Shown piece by piece: positions 43,386 through 64,000 of a DNA stretch of 64,000 bases. The stretch spans positions 1 to 64,000 of the forward strand of contig NIVC01002420.1 of assembly GCA_002269645.1 (NCBI GenBank), read 5' to 3'. Position 1 is the stretch's first letter; every line of letters starts with the position of its first letter. The notes beneath the pieces are model-generated. The model was not told the DNA's origin, did not search any database, and was given only the letters and a program-made list of their open reading frames with translations. The translations under genes and the position numbers were made by a program. Source of the stretch: Macrostomum lignano. Taxonomy: Eukaryota.

Positions 43386-43762
43386 TGGAAATTAGGTTTT
43401 TCCAACTCTTGTCAGAGTCTATCACACATGAAGTGCTCTGTGTTTGCACACAGACAATTTCTGCAGCACTCCCACTGTGTGAGAGTCGAGATAAAATAAT
43501 CCACAGTTGCGATCAATGTGCCTCTACAGTAGCATCTGTAAAAGAAAACGTACAATACTACTTTCAGTTTTCAGCACTCTGAGTCAAAAAATGAAATGCA
43601 CTTTTACTAAATATTGGAAATAAAGTTTGCTTACGTATAACTTTTGAGTCAACTGGTGCAGATGTTCCGAGGCAGTGTGCATGAAAAACCGAGGGTAAAG
43701 TATAGGACAGAGAATGTACCTGAAAGATGTAGATAGACAGGTATTCACTGTCTCTTGAATGT

Positions 43763-43792
43763 AGATAGATAGATAGATAGATAGATAGATAT

Positions 43793-43825
<33 letters not shown>

Positions 43826-43826
43826 C

Positions 43827-43878
<52 letters not shown>

Positions 43879-43896
43879 GGATAGATAGATAAATAG

Positions 43897-43960
<64 letters not shown>

Positions 43961-43965
43961 TAGAT
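43763..43965. repeat. (GATA)n microsatellite
   Basis: Direct inspection. Confidence 0.98.
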
Positions 43966-44164
43966 AGCGAGAAAGAGCGAGCGAAGCGAGCTCTTTCGAG
44001 CTTGCTTGCCGCAGCCAATCAAGCTGAATGCACGCACACAAGATCACCGGAAACGATTAAGGCAGCTGGAAAGCCAATGGGCGCGGTAAGCGCTTTTATC
44101 CAGAGGAACTACCTGCTGGAACCAGCCTGCCGTTCGAAAATCAGACTACTCAAGTAGTGCAAAA

Positions 44165-44436
<272 letters not shown>

Positions 44437-45482
44437 CTAACCATTGAAACAGCACGGCAAAATCGATAATAAGGAAAGGATTGAATAAACAAAATGGCAG
44501 ACTGAAGGCGGGGAGGCTGGCATGGGCAGCAAATGCTTCATCGATTCAGCTTGACCTTCCACAACTCTCTCTCACACAGGCAGTCGAGCTGAGGGTTGAT
44601 CTGAGGATCTGGGATATAGGATATGGGAGCAAACAATTGCACCTGCTCCCAGTCGTTATCTCTGTCCGCTCTCTCAGCTGCCGCAGACTCTTTTGAGCAT
44701 GCCAAATATGATAGCGATTCGCTGCCATCCAATCCGACTCCGCCAATTCCGCCCACTTTGTCTCCCTTCGTCTCTTTAACCTTCTACCCCTACCCTCCAC
44801 CTTTCTCTCCCCGATTCGCTCTCTCCGAGAACCGGTTCGCTCGGCAAAAAAAATGCAGAGCTCACACCGGCCCCTGGTGAGCGCGGTTGCTTAAATTGGA
44901 AACAGTCGCAGCTTCCCTGTCTGGCAGGTTTTTATCCCTCATCTCAATTCATTTCTTTCTTGGCGAGCCTCCTTGACAATAGCATAGTCAAGTCAGTCAA
45001 CTCAGTCAAGTCAGTCAGCTCAGTCAAATCAGTCAAGTCAGTCAACTCAGTCAACTCAGTCAAATTCATCGATAGAGAATTGCAATCTATCGCATTAGGA
45101 CTGAATTTCGACAATTGTAAGTAACTACTAAGTTGATATCAACATATTTTATCTCTCCACCTGTCTTGTCTGTCAAACGTCTTGTCTGCCAACCTGGCTT
45201 GTGTATCAACCTGTCTGTATGTCAATCTGTCATGTCTATCAACTTGTCATATCTGTCAAACTGTCTGTCTGTCAACCTGTCGTGTCTGTCAAACTGTCTG
45301 TCTGTCAACCTGTCGTGTCTGTCAATCTGTCTGTCTGTCAACCTGTCGTGTCTGCCAACCTGTCCTGTCTGTTAAGCAATAAATGCGTGCGAAATATTGT
45401 TTTGCCGTTAAGCTTCTATATGCTCTATAAATCTGTCAAATCTCACCAACTGCCAGGATTTCAACACCGATCCAACAGCGCA

Positions 45483-63002
<17,520 letters not shown>

Positions 63003-63099
63003 GTGAGTGGCGGGGTCTGGGGTGGCTGGGAGACTGCGGATTTCGCTTGAACTTGGAAGAAGAGAGCTGGGCTGGTTATGGGAGAATGTGGATTCTTAG

Positions 63100-63620
63100 A
63101 ATTCGAGAAAAGAGAGGACGGATTCTTAGAAAGAGATGAGGGATTCTTAGAAAGAGAGGACGGATTCTTAGAAAGAGAGGGTGGATTCTTAGAAAGAGAG
63201 AATGGATTCATAGAAAGAGAGGGCGGATTCTTAGAAAGAGAGGGCGGATTATTAGAAAGAGGGGGCGGATTCTTAGAAAGAGAAGGCGGATTCTTAGAAA
63301 GAGAGGGTGGATTCTTAAAAAGAGAGAATGGATTCATAGAAAGAGAGGGTGGATTCTTAGAAAGAGAGGGCGGATTCTTAGAAAGAGAGGGCGGATTCTT
63401 AGAAAGAGAGGACGGATTCTTAGAAAGAGAGGACAGATTCTTAGAAAGAGAAGGCGGATTCTTAGAAAGAGAGGGTGAATTCTTAAAAAGAGAGGGCGGA
63501 TTCTTAGAAAGAGAGGGTGGATTCTTAGAAAGAGAGGGTGGATTCTTAGAAAGAGAGGACAGATTTTTAGAAAGAGAAGAAAGAAGAATTCTAGGAAAGA
63601 GAGGACAAATTCTTAGAGTA
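63100..63620. repeat. 21-bp minisatellite (ggattcttagaaagagagggc)n
   Basis: EGGFLER translation; lies in TRPC intron 11. Confidence 0.96.
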
Positions 63621-64000
63621 CCGGGTAGATTCCTGGTAGATATAGGGTAGATTCTTAGAATTCAAAGTAAGAGAAGGAGGATTCTTAGAATTCAAGAGAT
63701 TTCAAGGAAAGAGAGCGGGTTCTTATAGAATTCGCGGAAAGAGAGGGCAGAATCGGAGAGGGAAAGTGGTTTCTTAGAATCCAGGGAAGGAGGGGCGATT
63801 TCTTTTTAATTCTGGGTTGGAAACAGACGGATTCTACAAAGAAGTTGAAGATGATGAGAGTAAAATATACCCTTACCTTCACAATGTAACACATAAATGA
63901 GTGTAGGTGTCATGCTTCTGTGATGGAGAAACAGACAGAAGCAATTTGAATCATAAAATTCGATCGGAAAATAATATAATTAACAGCCGGTTACCGTTGC

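Noticed and set aside
43011-43582. RGG-rich and Glu-rich ORFs
   Set aside because: Purine-rich low-complexity tract with no flanking coding context.

Overview
Eukaryotic (invertebrate animal) genomic DNA, intron-rich and dense in tandem repeats; the style suggests a free-living flatworm such as Macrostomum, but that is inference only. Hand splice-modelling (GT/GC-AG junctions, phase-checked) supports seven protein-coding genes: a secreted PAN/apple-like + ALK/LTK glycine-rich domain protein (-, 7260-10037), an intronless C-type-lectin-like membrane protein (-, 11917-12642), a secreted Arg-rich coiled-coil protein (-, 14466-16771), a small secreted Cys-containing protein missed by the ORF track (+, 21216-22092), an SLC35A4-like nucleotide-sugar transporter (-, 29223-35133), a TRPC/trp-gamma-like channel (+, 45483 to beyond 63002, with one GC-AG intron) and, nested antisense in a TRPC intron, a 7-exon Delta-like gene (signal peptide, C2/MNNL domain, DSL domain, no EGF repeats, S/T stalk, TM, Tyr-motif tail; -, 57925-60182). 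Mobile DNA includes a decayed RTE-like LINE, two copies of a tRNA-derived SINE (one with a 14-bp TSD), a decayed P-element/THAP9-type transposase, a Crypton-like fragment, Helitron-like ends and several TIR/foldback elements. More than 25 micro- and minisatellite arrays fill introns and intergenic space; most long ORFs in the ORF track are artefacts of them. No CRISPR, rRNA or bona fide tRNA was seen.
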